A DNA stretch of 63,326 nt, filler included, from Octopus bimaculoides (lineage: Eukaryota), in NCBI RefSeq assembly GCF_001194135.2. It is 3 parts of 3 records of this genome, joined end to end, with 100 filler letters (N's around TTAATTAATTAA, not from the genome) between each part and the next. Parts side by side here need not be neighbours in the genome. Positions count along the whole stretch, not along the records: positions 47,652 to 63,326 come from NC_068985.1; 2 more parts are not named here. One strand, 5' to 3'. Made by a program: the position numbers and the translations under genes. Shown here one piece after another: positions 51,606 through 63,326 of this stretch. Each line of letters opens with the position of its first letter. Positions within the stretch are counted from its first letter, which is position 1. Below the pieces are notes generated by a model. That model was not told the origin of the DNA, did not search any database, and was given only the letters and a program-made list of their open reading frames with translations.

Positions 51606-52758
51606 TTTCTTACAATGTCAAACATTTTGGATGATAGATGAGCAGCAAAACCATTTTAAACGACTGGTACTGGATCTATTGATCTCTCGGGATTCAAACT
51701 GAGAGCGTAACGTGGTGTTGCTAAATAAAAAAAACATTAGTTCTACATTTTACGGTTTCTGCCATCCTACATGCCTCTCTCTCCCGCTCCATACACTCAG
51801 TTAGTGTAAAGTAAGCCAATTCCCATTCTGTCGTAGAAACATATATGTACCTTTGTTTCTGTACATCCATTTAATTGCTAATAGCTGTAATTATGATGAC
51901 TAACGTATCACCCAACATAAAACAGACTAGAACAATATGGTGCAAAAGAAAAAAAGGAATCGTAAAAGCAACAACTCGAAATACTTCAAAGAATTTTAAA
52001 TGGCAGAGTTTCAAGATTAAGAAGAAAAACTGAATTAAAAAACTGAGATGATGTTCCCAAGATGCAAAATTCACTATCCCAAGTCTGGGTGGAGTTCATT
52101 GAAAACTAAAGTTAGTCACAACACATGGGCAAGATCATAACAACAAGAACAAACTAAAAGACCCGACTAAATGCATTGAGTAGCTATAAATGCAGTTAAA
52201 ATTTTCGATAAAAGAGAGATATAGTTACTTTGATTATGTGGGAGCACTGGAATTTAGGACTTAATGACAACCCGATAGCAATAAAGCAGGCAGAAGAAAT
52301 AATTAAAAATTAAGTTTATACAAATAGAAAGAAAAATTCTCTGGGGCATGAAATAAATAAGATGGTTCTTGATAATGTGCGTACTATGGTGTGACAAAAA
52401 AGAAGTGGTTAAAAGAAGTATTAATGTATACGCAAGAAAGCTGTGTACAGTCTCCATAATAGTATTTGTCTGTGAACATGAATGTATATCTTTTATTTTG
52501 TTTATGTTTCATGTTGTGCAACGACTTCTGTAATAATATGCACAGATTTATCAATCACGTCCGAGTAGGTGATAGGGCTGTGATAATCAGATAGCAAAGC
52601 GACACTTCTACAGTTGAAAATGGAGGCATAAAACAGATTTTGCATCTAAAATGTAACTCCATTCCTTGCAAGACATGTGGAAAATAATGTGCTTCTATAA
52701 TCAATTTGGGTTTTAGCCGAGTCTTCCATCTTCCAGCATACAGCTCCGTAAATCTTAC

Positions 52759-52791
52759 TCTTTAATTGAGAGATCATCTCCAAATATCTCC
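52759..52791 (-). CDS. Candidate 33-nt micro-exon
   Basis: The minus strand has tttctttcatactacAG and AGA|GTAAGA. It reads EIFGDDLSIKR (phase 0-0) or xRYLEMISQLK. Confidence 0.25.
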
Positions 52792-53014
52792 TGTAGTATG
52801 AAAGAAATGCCACCATTCTTTATAAGACAGCGACATGTCTTTCTTTTTTACCTCTCTTTTCTATCTCCTGCACTGGGAACCTGGGGCAAAGGGATACCTG
52901 TTTAACAGAATTCTCCCATTTTTCTGGGATTGTCAGCCACTTAAATGTATTCCAGGTTCGGAACGAAAGAAAAATGATGTATACAAACTACGATAGTCAA
53001 TAATAATGATGATT

Positions 53015-53118
<104 letters not shown>

Positions 53119-53538
53119 TGTTTTGTCTTGGTATAAAAGATCGGCTACAGCAAATATTCTGCTTAATACCACAGATTTGCTTGTCAGTTGTTTGACCTTA
53201 ACCAGTTGAGCATGTCCCTTGGTGGCTGACGATATTTGCATTACTGATCATGAGCAGAAGTAGTGGGTGAGCCTCATAGCCATGTGTTGAGAGAAATTCT
53301 TTGGGGTTTGAATAATTCACCTTTGGAAACATGGGTGTTTTGCTCAACATCCTTAAACAAACCTTATTTAGGGACCTTTTGAGCGGGATGGGCTACTCGA
53401 CCTGAAGAAAATTCTAATTGGGCTTCACCTGCGAGGTCATGCACTGTTTATCTTGATATGCGATCATCATGTCGCACACATGGTTGTGATGCATGTGGCT
53501 GGTGTACCCTTATCAGACGGGTAGTCATGATGGGTATA
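53119..53538 (+). mobile_element. Non-coding AAT-associated element X, copy 1
   Basis: It begins tgttttgtcttggtataaaagatcggctacagcaaatattc directly after (AAT)n and is homologous to 54067-54505. Its 3' end is fused to family A. Confidence 0.8.
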
Positions 53539-54042
53539 AGCACACGCCAGGAAAGGTCACAGAAAACGAGAAAGGAACCATACTATAGAATATACCAATA
53601 CACACAGATAGAGAAATTAAGGCCAATAGACCAGATATAGTTGTCAGAGATCATGAAGTAAAAATGCTTTCTAACTGATGTATCAATACCAACAGATGAG
53701 AACGTTTCCCTAAAATAAATGGAGAAACTTTCAAAATATAAAGAGCTGGAAATAGAGGTAACTCGAATGTGGAATTTAAAAACAAAAACAATTTCTATCA
53801 TAGTCGGTGCATTAGGTATGATAAAAAAAAATATCCAGACAAATACATAAGAAAAACACCAGGACTTACAAATATATATAACATACAGAAAATTGCACAA
53901 CTGGGCACTGTACACATCCTACGCAAAATACTTTCAATACAGTAATCATAAGAGCATCGCAGCAATCCACAGCACATACCCAAGGCACACAGAGCTCCGC
54001 TTGGTTGTGAAGTGAAATCACATTATAAAAATAGAACTACTG
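53539..54042 (+). mobile_element. Family A 3' fragment (endonuclease plus 3' UTR)
   Basis: It reads ANRPDIV-type, LTDVSIP and SKYKELEIE, and ends agaactactg followed by (AAT)n. Confidence 0.88.
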
Positions 54043-54066
54043 AATAATAATAATAATAATAATAAT

Positions 54067-54505
54067 TGTTTTGTCTTGGTATAAAAGATCGGCTACAGCA
54101 AATATTCAGCTCAATACCAGATTTGCTTGTCAGCTGTTCGCCCTTAAGCAGTGGCTGACGATATGTGCATCTCTGATCACGAGCAGAAGTAGTGGAGGAG
54201 CATCACAGCCATGTGTTGAGAGGAAATCTGTGAGGTTTGAATAATTCACCTATGGAATCTTGGAGTTTTGTTCATCATCCTTAAAGAAGCATTATTCAGG
54301 TACTTTTGGAGTAGGATGGGCTATTCGACCTGAAGAAAATTCTAACTGGGTCCCACTAGCAAGGTTATACGCTGGTTATCTTGATATGAGATCGCCATAT
54401 CACGCACATGCATGTGCTTGGTGTACCCTTGTCAGACGTGTAGTCATGATGGATTATATATTTTACCTTGGTGTCACTTTGATACCAAGCGCTGCTCTCT
54501 CATTC
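54067..54505 (+). mobile_element. Non-coding AAT-associated element X, copy 2
   Basis: It has the same 5' junction as copy 1 and ends gctgctctctcattc followed by (AAT)n. Confidence 0.8.
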
Positions 54506-54527
54506 AATAATAATAATGATGATGATG

Positions 54528-54585
<58 letters not shown>

Positions 54586-54603
54586 TAATAATAATAATAA
54601 TAA

Positions 54604-57600
54604 CAGCGGGGACTTTTAACATGTGAGAGCGATAAAATACTGCTCCGAAATCTATCCAAAAACATCGGGAATAAAGACTTCAGATGAGTCAAAAATAACT
54701 GGCAAAGTGTTGGACTATATTCGAGTAAGTAATACTCATTGAAATTTATTTCTATTTTCCAAATAAAATGATGTATTTTAACTGTATATCATCTCTATTA
54801 CTCGCACAGCACGTGTAAACACGCTCGCAACATATCGATCGAATCAACATCAGACCATCTCCGTCCTCAAAACATCATGCACAAAAAAATTTTAAATTAA
54901 TTAAATAATACCTGTATTATTCAACCCAAGAATAACAACTGGCAAGTACATACTTTAAACTTGTTACACAAAAAGTACGAAAAACTACAGGAGCAAAACC
55001 ATTTAACACCAGAAATGAACCGACCTTACCCTACGAAAATGATGACCGTCAAAATAAAGGGCCGGATGTTATTCCTCATGTCACGCAAATAAAATCAAAA
55101 AAAGCAAAAATGGACCCGTGAGGAATACATTCCAACGCTACACTCTTATTTTACAGCAGTGCTCTACCCAAAGAACGAAAAGACAACATATACATATAAA
55201 ATCTGGATGAAAAATAACCTAGAAGAAGACTTGGATACAGCAATGAACCCTAATAAACTAGCTGACATAGGAAGATATATTCTCAAAACAAAAAATATCA
55301 GAAATAGAAATAGACCACTTATCAAGAAAATGTAGATAGTAACCACACAGCAATGCCAAATAATAGCATAACCACTGGGACTCTAAAACGTGTAAAAGAC
55401 GTAACATTTTCAACAAAAGCGAAGTAAACAACGAAAGACAACAAATCCAACAAACAAATGTATAATGATGAGCAAAATGCACCAAACCAGAACACCACAG
55501 ACAAAAATATGAACGGGAGGAATACGAAACAAATCTAAAAGCTGGAAACAGTGAAGGCCAACCTAATGATTATGATACATTAAAAATGAGTATAATCAAA
55601 GAACTGACACTCACCGATCTCAGCATGTACCACTGATTGTACTCCACAAAAAATTAAAATTGATACTAAAACAACATCAATAATAAATAGCATGAACCTG
55701 GCTTTCACAGAACTAATAGCCACAGAAACAAATGTGAACATAATCAGGCTAAATGATATAATATATGCAGCAGCCGCTGTGGTCACAAAAGAAACTCGAT
55801 ACTCCCTCAAACCCATCCAAACAGAAGTACCACCGTCCAGACAAATACTGTGGATAGAAAATAGCCAGAAAAAATAGAAAACAAGAGAAAAGATCTGTCA
55901 ATCCTTAACGAAACTAGTAGACAATCAACACTACTAAGCAACAGGAAGAGAACAAAAATACTGCGTAAATGCAAAATTACAGAAAAAGACATACCTGAGG
56001 TAAAAGAACAGCTAAAGCAGGATATCCTTGCTAAAGCACAAAGAATCCGCCGGCATGAGAAACGCCAATGTTTCTTTGAACTAAACAAACTATTCAACTC
56101 CAGCTCCCAAAGATTTTACCAAGAGCTTGACAAAAAAAATTGATATCAATGCAGCACTAACAGCAGAAGAAGTGGAAGAATTTTGGAAAGAAATATGGTC
56201 GGCGAAGGAACAACCTAAGAAAAGTTCTATCAAAACAACGAACTCAGCAACTAAACAACTCTGGAACCCTATAACAAGTGAAGAGGTCACCCAGGTACTG
56301 CAAAAACTAAGTAGCTGGAAGGCACCCGGGCACGACAAGATCTCCAACTTCTGATTAAAATATTTGACAGGAACATATAAAAAGCTGGCTGAGAAGTTTA
56401 ATAAAATACTAGTAGAGCCAGGGACAATGCCTGAACGGCTCACAGAAGGGAAAACTATGCTAATTCCTAAATCCACTAAAACAGCAAACCCACAAAATTA
56501 CAGACCAATAACTTGTCAGCCAACAATTTACAAAGACTTTATTTCAATAATTTCGCAGAGAATGAGTAAGCATCTGGAAGAAAACAACCTATTTCCAGAA
56601 GAGCAGAAGGGATGCTGCAAGGGCCAGCTAATGATCAATAAAGCCATAACTGAAGATATACGCAAAAACAAGGGTCTAAATATGGCCTGGATCGATTACC
56701 GAAAGGCTTTTGATGGTATTCCTCATACATGGATCCTAGAAACTCTAGCCATGAACAAGGTAGCACCATGATCATAAAATATATAAAACATTCCATGAAT
56801 AAATGGCAGACAGTGCTACAGCTCCAGACAAAAGAGGGACTCATAAAAACCAAAGCCATCCCCATTAGAAGAGGAATATTTCAGGGAAACACGCTCTCTC
56901 ACCTCTTTTCTGCTTGGCACTGACACCTTTATCTGACATGCTAAACGGAAGTGGATGCGGATACAATTGTTACGGTAAAACAATCAGCCACTTAAAACTA
57001 CATCTGGAAACATTAGTACTGACAGTACATGGATTTATCAAAGAAATAAGCATGAAATTTGGCTTAGAAAAATATGCCAAAGCAACCTTGAAAAGAAGAA
57101 AAATAGTTAAGAGTAGCAACATCACACTAGTTAAAGCAAATGAAATAAGAGAATTAGATCAAAGCCAGACTTAGGAATCAATGAACTAGATATGATACAA
57201 CACAAACAAATGAAAAAGAAAATATAAAATAATACTATAAACGAGTTACATAAATACTGAAAACAGAGCTCAATGCGAAAAACAAGATAATATGTATCAA
57301 CACTCTAGCCGTCCCAGTTATAAGTTACAGCTACAATATCCTTAGCTGGACACTAAATGAACTAATCAAAATAGACAGGAAAACAAGAAAAATAATGACA
57401 GGATCTAGGATGCACCACCCAAAATCTAACATAGAAAGGTTACATATACAACGTATAGAAAATGGTATAGGTCTTGAACAGCTAGAAAACTATTACAAAG
57501 TAACCACCACGTGACTACAAGAAAACATACTGCTGAAGCAAAGGAAACTAATACAAATAACCACAAAACACGAACAAAACAAAAACTGTTCTCAGTCTTT

Positions 57601-58458
57601 AAGGAAGCCTTCATGGCAAATACTGGGTTAATATAAACGCAAAAGAAATAGACAAAGCAAAATCCCAACAATGACTGAGAATCTCAGGAGTCAAAGCAGA
57701 GACTGAAGGATTTTTAATTGCAGCACAAGATCAAAGCCTCCCCACCAAAAATTACCAAAAACATATAATGAAAAGAAACATCACAAGTAACTGCAGAATA
57801 TGTGGAGATGGACAAGAAACAGTAAACCATATTGTCGCTGGATGCCCAGTCCTGTCTAAGAAGGAAAATATTCACAGACACTACAGAGTTGGGACCTATA
57901 TACACTGGAAGCTATGCCAACACTATGAAACAACAACAGAAAAAAGATGGAATAGGTACACACCAGAAAAGGTCACAGAAAACCAGAAAGGAACCATACT
58001 ATGGGATATACTAATACAAACAGATAGAGAAATTAAGGCCAAAATACCGGATATAGTTGTCAGAGATCATCAAGAAAATGATGCTTTCTACTCGATGTAT
58101 CAATACCAACCGAGGACAACATTTCTCTAAAAGAAAAAGTGAAACTCTCAAAAATACAAAGAGCTGGAAATAAAGGTAACTCGAATGTGGAGTCTAAAAA
58201 CAGAAACAATTTCTATCATGGTTGGCGCATTAGGCACGATAAAAAAAATATATTCAGTCAAATACATAACAAAAACACCAGGACTGAGAAATATGTATAA
58301 CATACAGAAAATAGCACTACTAGGCACCGCACACATCCTAGGTAAAACACTTTCAATACAGTAACAATAAGATCATTACAACAAACCACAGCACCTGTCG
58401 AAGGCCCACAGAGCTGCGCTCGGTGGTGCAGTGAAAGCACGTGATAAAAATAAGATTA

Positions 58459-58461
<3 letters not shown>
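54604..58461 (+). mobile_element. R4/Dong-type family A, near full length but disrupted
   Basis: N-terminal KWTREEY, then LSSWKAPGHD, NYRPITC, EQKGC, WIDYRKAFDGIPH.W, IRRGIFQG, ETEGFLIAAQDQ, CRICG..ETVNHIV.GC, PDIVV and KYKELEI. It lies between two (AAT)n tracts and has many stops and frameshifts. Confidence 0.92.
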
Positions 58462-58506
<45 letters not shown>

Positions 58507-58509
<3 letters not shown>

Positions 58510-59200
58510 ATTGAAACTATAGACCACCTAATCTCAGGGTGTAGAGTCTTAGCACCTGTAGAATATAAAGTAAGACATGACAGAGTCGGCCAGTATTTAC
58601 ACTGGACAATATGTCGGCATTATAAAATTAAAACCGCTGACAAATGTTATAAACAACATCCTGAAGCTGTGACTGAGGGAGAAAATGTGTCGATTCTCTG
58701 GGACTTCCCCGTACATACCGACAAAACTATAAAAGCTAATAAACTGGATATTATTATAAAAGATCAGACAAAGAAGATGTGTTTATTAATTGACATGAGT
58801 ATTCCTTGCGATCATAATATAGCGGCAAAAGAATTTGACAAGATTAGTAAATATAAAGACTTGCTAATAGAAATTGAAAAGATGTGGCATCTCAAGGCGA
58901 CAACCGTACCAGTGATTGTAGTATCTCTAGGAATGATAAAAAAAGATACTGAAACCTATTTGAAAATGATACCAGGCATACCATCCCTGCAGGAAATGCA
59001 AAAAATCGTGTTAACTGGAACGACTCATGTACTGAAAAGAGCATTATCGCTGTGAAAACAACATCCATTCATGAATTTATTAATTTTTTTTTTTTACATA
59101 CATATTTTACCTGTGAATTTGCGTGTGTAAACTGAGAATGCATACAATGAGCTTCTCTGCCCTAGGTGTACGGAAAACACTCGGCGAGAAATGGAAGAAA
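58507..59200 (+). mobile_element. R4/Dong-type family D, 3' portion with uninterrupted frame
   Basis: 58507-59055 is an open frame: ETIDHLISGC..EYKVRHD..LWDFPVHTD..ANKLDIII..LIDMSIP.D.N..KISKYKDL..QKIVL..RALSL*. It directly follows (AAT)n. Confidence 0.9.
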
Positions 59201-59250
59201 ATTTGAAGAAAGAAGAAAAAAAACAACATAATAATAATGATAATAATAAA

Positions 59251-60007
59251 GTAGAGACTGAAGGTTTTTTAATTGCTGCACAAGACCAAATCTTCCCCAC
59301 CAGAAATTACCAAAAACATATAATGAAAAGAAACATAACAAGTAACTGCAGAATATGTGGCGATGGACAAGAAACAATAAATCATATTATCTCTGGCTGC
59401 CCAGTCCTGGCTAAGAAGGAATATATTCAGACACGACAGAGCTGGGACTTACATACACTGGAAACTATGCCAACACTATGGAATAACAACAGAAAAAAGA
59501 TGGTATAGGCACACGCCAGAAAAGGTCACAGAAAACGAGAAAGCAACCATACTCTGGGAGGTGCCAATACACACAGATAAAGAAATTAAGGCAAATAGAC
59601 CAGATATAGTTGTCCGAGATCATGAAGAAAAAAATGCTTTCTAATTGATGTATCAATACCAGTAGATGGCAACGTTTCTCTAAAAGAAATGGAGAAACTT
59701 TCAAAATACAAAGACCTGGAAATAGAGGTAACTCGAATGTGGAATCTAAAAACAGAAACAAATCCTATTATAGTAGGCACCTTAGGTATGATAAAAAAAA
59801 TATTCAGACAAATACATAACAAAAACACCAGGAATTACAAGGATATATAACATACAAAAAATTGCACAACTGGGCACTGCACACATCCTTCCAAAACACT
59901 TTCAATACAGTAATCATGAGAGCATCACAGCAAACCATAGCACATACCCAAGGCACACAGAGCTGCGCTTGGTAGTGAAGTGAAAGCACGCTATAAAAAT
60001 AAAACTA

Positions 60008-60010
<3 letters not shown>
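59251..60010 (+). mobile_element. Family A 3' fragment (knuckle, endonuclease, 3' UTR)
   Basis: It reads ETEGFLIAAQDQ..CRICGDGQETINHIISGC..ANRPDIVV..SKYKDLEIE, and ends aaaactactg followed by (AAT)n. Confidence 0.9.
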
Positions 60011-60046
<36 letters not shown>

Positions 60047-60047
<1 letters not shown>

Positions 60048-60147
60048 GTGGCAGAGGACTGATTAGCATAGACCATTATATAAGGAATGAAAGGGTAACG
60101 CTAGCCGAGTATTTGATAAATAGTGATGAAGATCTGCTGCAGTATAC
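60047..60147 (+). mobile_element. Family B internal fragment (GGRGL region)
   Basis: ggtggcagaggactgattagcatagaccatt..gccgagtatttgataaatagtgatgaag. It matches 62869-62936. Confidence 0.8.
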
Positions 60148-60149
60148 CT

Positions 60150-61517
60150 GGACCCATATTATTATTGATAATTTTAAATGCTATAGGTAGAATGATGGTT
60201 GTAATGATAATCATTGTGGTTATGGAGGCTACACAATGCGAGCACGTTATTTATATATATATGTGTATGTACATACATATGCACGTGTATATACAAATAA
60301 AGAGAAGAGACAGATGGAATCTCAACAACTCTCGTGGGAACCCTACGAACGACCCATGAAATTATGATGCAACATAACAATGAAATAATTAACGGCGAGA
60401 ATGAAGCTATAGCTGATTATGGTGAAGGTTTCCCGCATCTGGGGCAGATCACATACACGGTGTGCGCACAAACAGACATAAGTGGATGAAGGAAGAGTAC
60501 GATATGCTTATTGAATGTCATGAAAAAGTAAAGCTCGAAAGAAGTCGCCGAAATTTTGGAGGGAAAAGGACATGTGTCCAATGTCAGAAAATAAAATAAT
60601 GAACCAAGTGAGAGTGATTAGGAGGAAGGGTTACGTAACTGGAGTAGAAATATCTCGGATTAGTGAAAGTCTCACAGACCCTGCGGATGAGATACAAAGT
60701 ATGGTTGCAGTTGAAAACAGAGGTAGGAGTTGAGAGCAGAGAGAATAGTAGACAGGAGGAAGAGAGGAATGGTGACGGGGCTGTTAAGGATGAGGAACAG
60801 GAACGTTCTACAGTGAATACTGATATTGTGGTGGGTGGACATGCAGGAGAAATGAACCAACTAGATAATGAAATGCTTGAAATTCAAAGACGACTCACCG
60901 ACTTGATGAATGCTCCAGGAGAAAAAATCCCCATGAATATGAGAATGGTAGATAGGAGTATGATAAATAAAGTCACACAAAAGACAAATACTGTCATACC
61001 ATACATCGAGACGGAGAACATAACACAAACAAGGAATCTTCTCAGCTATTGCACTACTTCTTGAGAAGAAATTACAACTTAAGAGAACAAAAAATGGAGG
61101 AGCAAAAGAACCATGGTGGAAACGACGCACTGAAAGGGACATAATGCGGGCTATGCACGATCTAGAAAAAAATGAGCAATGATTAAGAGAAAACTGGAAA
61201 AAGGGGAAAAAGACCAACCAAGAAAAGTTAGAGAAGAAATATAAAATACGGAAGGAGGGATTTTATGCAGTAATAGCGCAGTGAAATCAGAGGATCATGG
61301 CAAAAAACCAGAAGATCAGAAGATTTGTAAACAGAAAGTAGTTCGAGAATAGATTGTTCAAAAATAACCCGAAGCAATTCTTCTACCGAACATCAGGAGT
61401 CAATCGGGAAAATGTTGCCCCTGATTCAAATCAAGCCAAGGAGTTCTGGAGAGGATTATGGGGAAACAATGTGGTACATAAAAAGGATGCAATGTGGAAC
61501 TATCAAGACAGTATTAC

Positions 61518-61564
<47 letters not shown>

Positions 61565-62936
61565 GAATATGCACGTTTGACGTGAAAGAACAAGCCGGTA
61601 AAGTGCCTAAATGGAAAGCTCCGGACCAGATGGGGTTCTTGGCTTCTAGCTGAAGAGATACAACGCAGTGCATAAAAGACTAGCAGCCCAATTGAATGAG
61701 TGTCCAGAAAGTTACAGTCCCCGCGTGAATGGTGACTGGGAGGACAACACTTATAATGAAAGATAGGAGAAAGGGGAATATTGTGGGAAACATGCCCAAA
61801 CATAATCTTGAAGATACTCACTGAAATATGTGCGGTAAAGACATATACTTTCCTGGCACAGGAAGAAATACTACCAAGCGAACAAAAATGATGTAGGAAG
61901 AGTTCTCGATAAAAGAGATGTGAAGCATTGTAAAAAACATAATACAAACATGTCTATGACTTGGATTGACTTTAAGGAGGCATATTATATGGTGCCTCAT
62001 TCTTGGATCGCTGAATGCCTACAGATGTTTGGTGTTGCTGACAACATCACAAATTTTCTGATGCGTAGCATGAAAGAGTGGAAAAACAAATTGTACTCAA
62101 GTAAGGTATTCCTAGGAGAAGTTAATATTAAAAGGGGAATCTTCCAAGGTGATTNNNNNNNNNNNNNNNNNNNNNNNNNNNNNNNNNNNNNNNNNNNNNN
62201 NNNNNNNNNNNNNNNNNNNNNNNNNNNNNNNNNNNNNNNNNNNNNNNNNNNNNNNNNNNNNNNNNNNNNNNNNNNNNNNNNNNNNNNNNNNNNNNNNNNN
62301 NNNNNNNNNNNNNNNNNNNNNNNNNNNNNNNNNNNNNNNNNNNNNNNNNNNNNNNNNNNNNNNNNNNNNNNNNNNNNNNNNNNNNNNNNNNNNNNNNNNN
62401 NNNNNNNNNNNNNNNNNNNNNNNNNNCCAGAGGTGTGGTAGAGACATCGTTAGGGAATTTGGGATTACCAAATACTCAGTAATTGATATGAAAAGAGTGA
62501 AGAAAGCATCTTGCAGAGGATTGCGGTTACCATCAGGAGAGACCATGGGCGATTCCGACAGCAGTGGATATAAATATTTAGGGATTTTGGAACTGGATAA
62601 CATTCTACACAGTGAAATGAAAGTCAAGGTCAGCGAGGCGCATCAAAAAAGGATGATGATGGAGTTGAAATTCAATTTGAATGCCAAAGATTTGATTACC
62701 GCAATAAATATCTGGGCAGTTGCGGTGGTCAGATATATTGCGCCCATCCTCAAATGGACTAAGGAGGAAATATCAATACTGGATAGAAGCACGAGAAAGT
62801 TGATGACGCTGCATGGGGCGCAACACCCTAAAGCAAAAGTAAACAAACTGTATATGAAAAGAAAGAATGGTGGCAGAGGACTAATGAGTATAGACCATTG
62901 TAGAACACTTGCCGTATTTGATAAATAGTAATGAAG
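60150..62936 (+). mobile_element. R4/Dong-type family B copy 2 (N-terminus through RT, 3' lost)
   Basis: N-terminal HKWMKEEY..QVRVIRRKG. It is colinear with copy 1 from ~60835 and reads WIDFKEAYYMVPHSW, YKYLGILE and KRKNGGRGL. It is cut by the SINE-3 tail. Confidence 0.92.
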
Positions 62937-63120
62937 CAGTTCTGTATTTGAGAGATAAGGAAATACGTACATTACTTATATTATTTACATTTGACGGATA
63001 TTTGTCCTCATCTTGCTTGTTGTTAACACAACGTTTCAGCTGACGAAGTCTCCAGCCTTCATCAGGTGTCCTGCGCGAATTTCGAGCCTGGGTTCTCATT
63101 CCTAATGTATGTTTTCGATG
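62937..63120 (-). mobile_element. SINE family 3 tail with hammerhead motif
   Basis: It is the reverse complement of 48010-48183 and is followed on + by (ATT)n. Confidence 0.85.
63025..63070 (-). ncRNA. Minimal type I hammerhead ribozyme motif
   Basis: gacac CTGATGA a ggctg gagacttcgt cagct GAAACGT t gtgtt. Stem I is gacac/gtgtt, stem II is ggctg/cagct, and palindromic ACGT replaces stem III. Confidence 0.65.
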
Positions 63121-63150
63121 TTATTATTATCATTATCATCATCATCATCA

Positions 63151-63220
<70 letters not shown>

Positions 63221-63223
<3 letters not shown>

Positions 63224-63288
63224 GGCGTAGTGTTTACGAACGTGGGCTACTTACCCCAATATTCCGAGTTCGATTCCAGGCAGGGACT

Positions 63289-63290
<2 letters not shown>
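63221..63290 (+). mobile_element. SINE family 3 tRNA-like head followed by (AAT)n
   Basis: tatggcgtagtg..gggctacttacccc..ttccgagttcgattccaggcagggac matches 47900-47970. Confidence 0.8.

Positions 63291-63326
<36 letters not shown>

Overview
This is AT-rich, repeat-saturated animal DNA with many N gaps, and no complete host gene is recognisable. The SINE families resemble octopus repeats, so the source is probably an Octopus assembly (inference). Two 100-nt spacers (44 N + TTAATTAATTAA + 44 N, at 25007-25106 and 47552-47651) are artificial joins, so the window is at least three stitched pieces. Most ORFs in the supplied track are microsatellite, gap or antisense artefacts. Recognisable content: an RTE LINE tail, an internally deleted mariner, a decayed Penelope-like element (RT with YRDD plus GIY-YIG), a Hero-like fragment, a CR1/Jockey-group tail, many tRNA-derived SINEs, a hAT-like MITE with a 31-bp array, a ~300-bp foldback element and a candidate first exon encoding a mitochondrial presequence. 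From 48.2 kb to the end lies a co-oriented train of about 11 R4/Dong-type retrotransposon pieces and non-coding passengers, mostly joined by (AAT)n. The most novel-looking signal is a composite SINE made of a tRNA-like head, (AAT)n and a tail carrying a Penelope-type minimal hammerhead ribozyme. Its hammerhead tail occurs twice (48049-48095 on +, 63025-63070 on -). All identifications come from reading motifs by eye; no searches were run.
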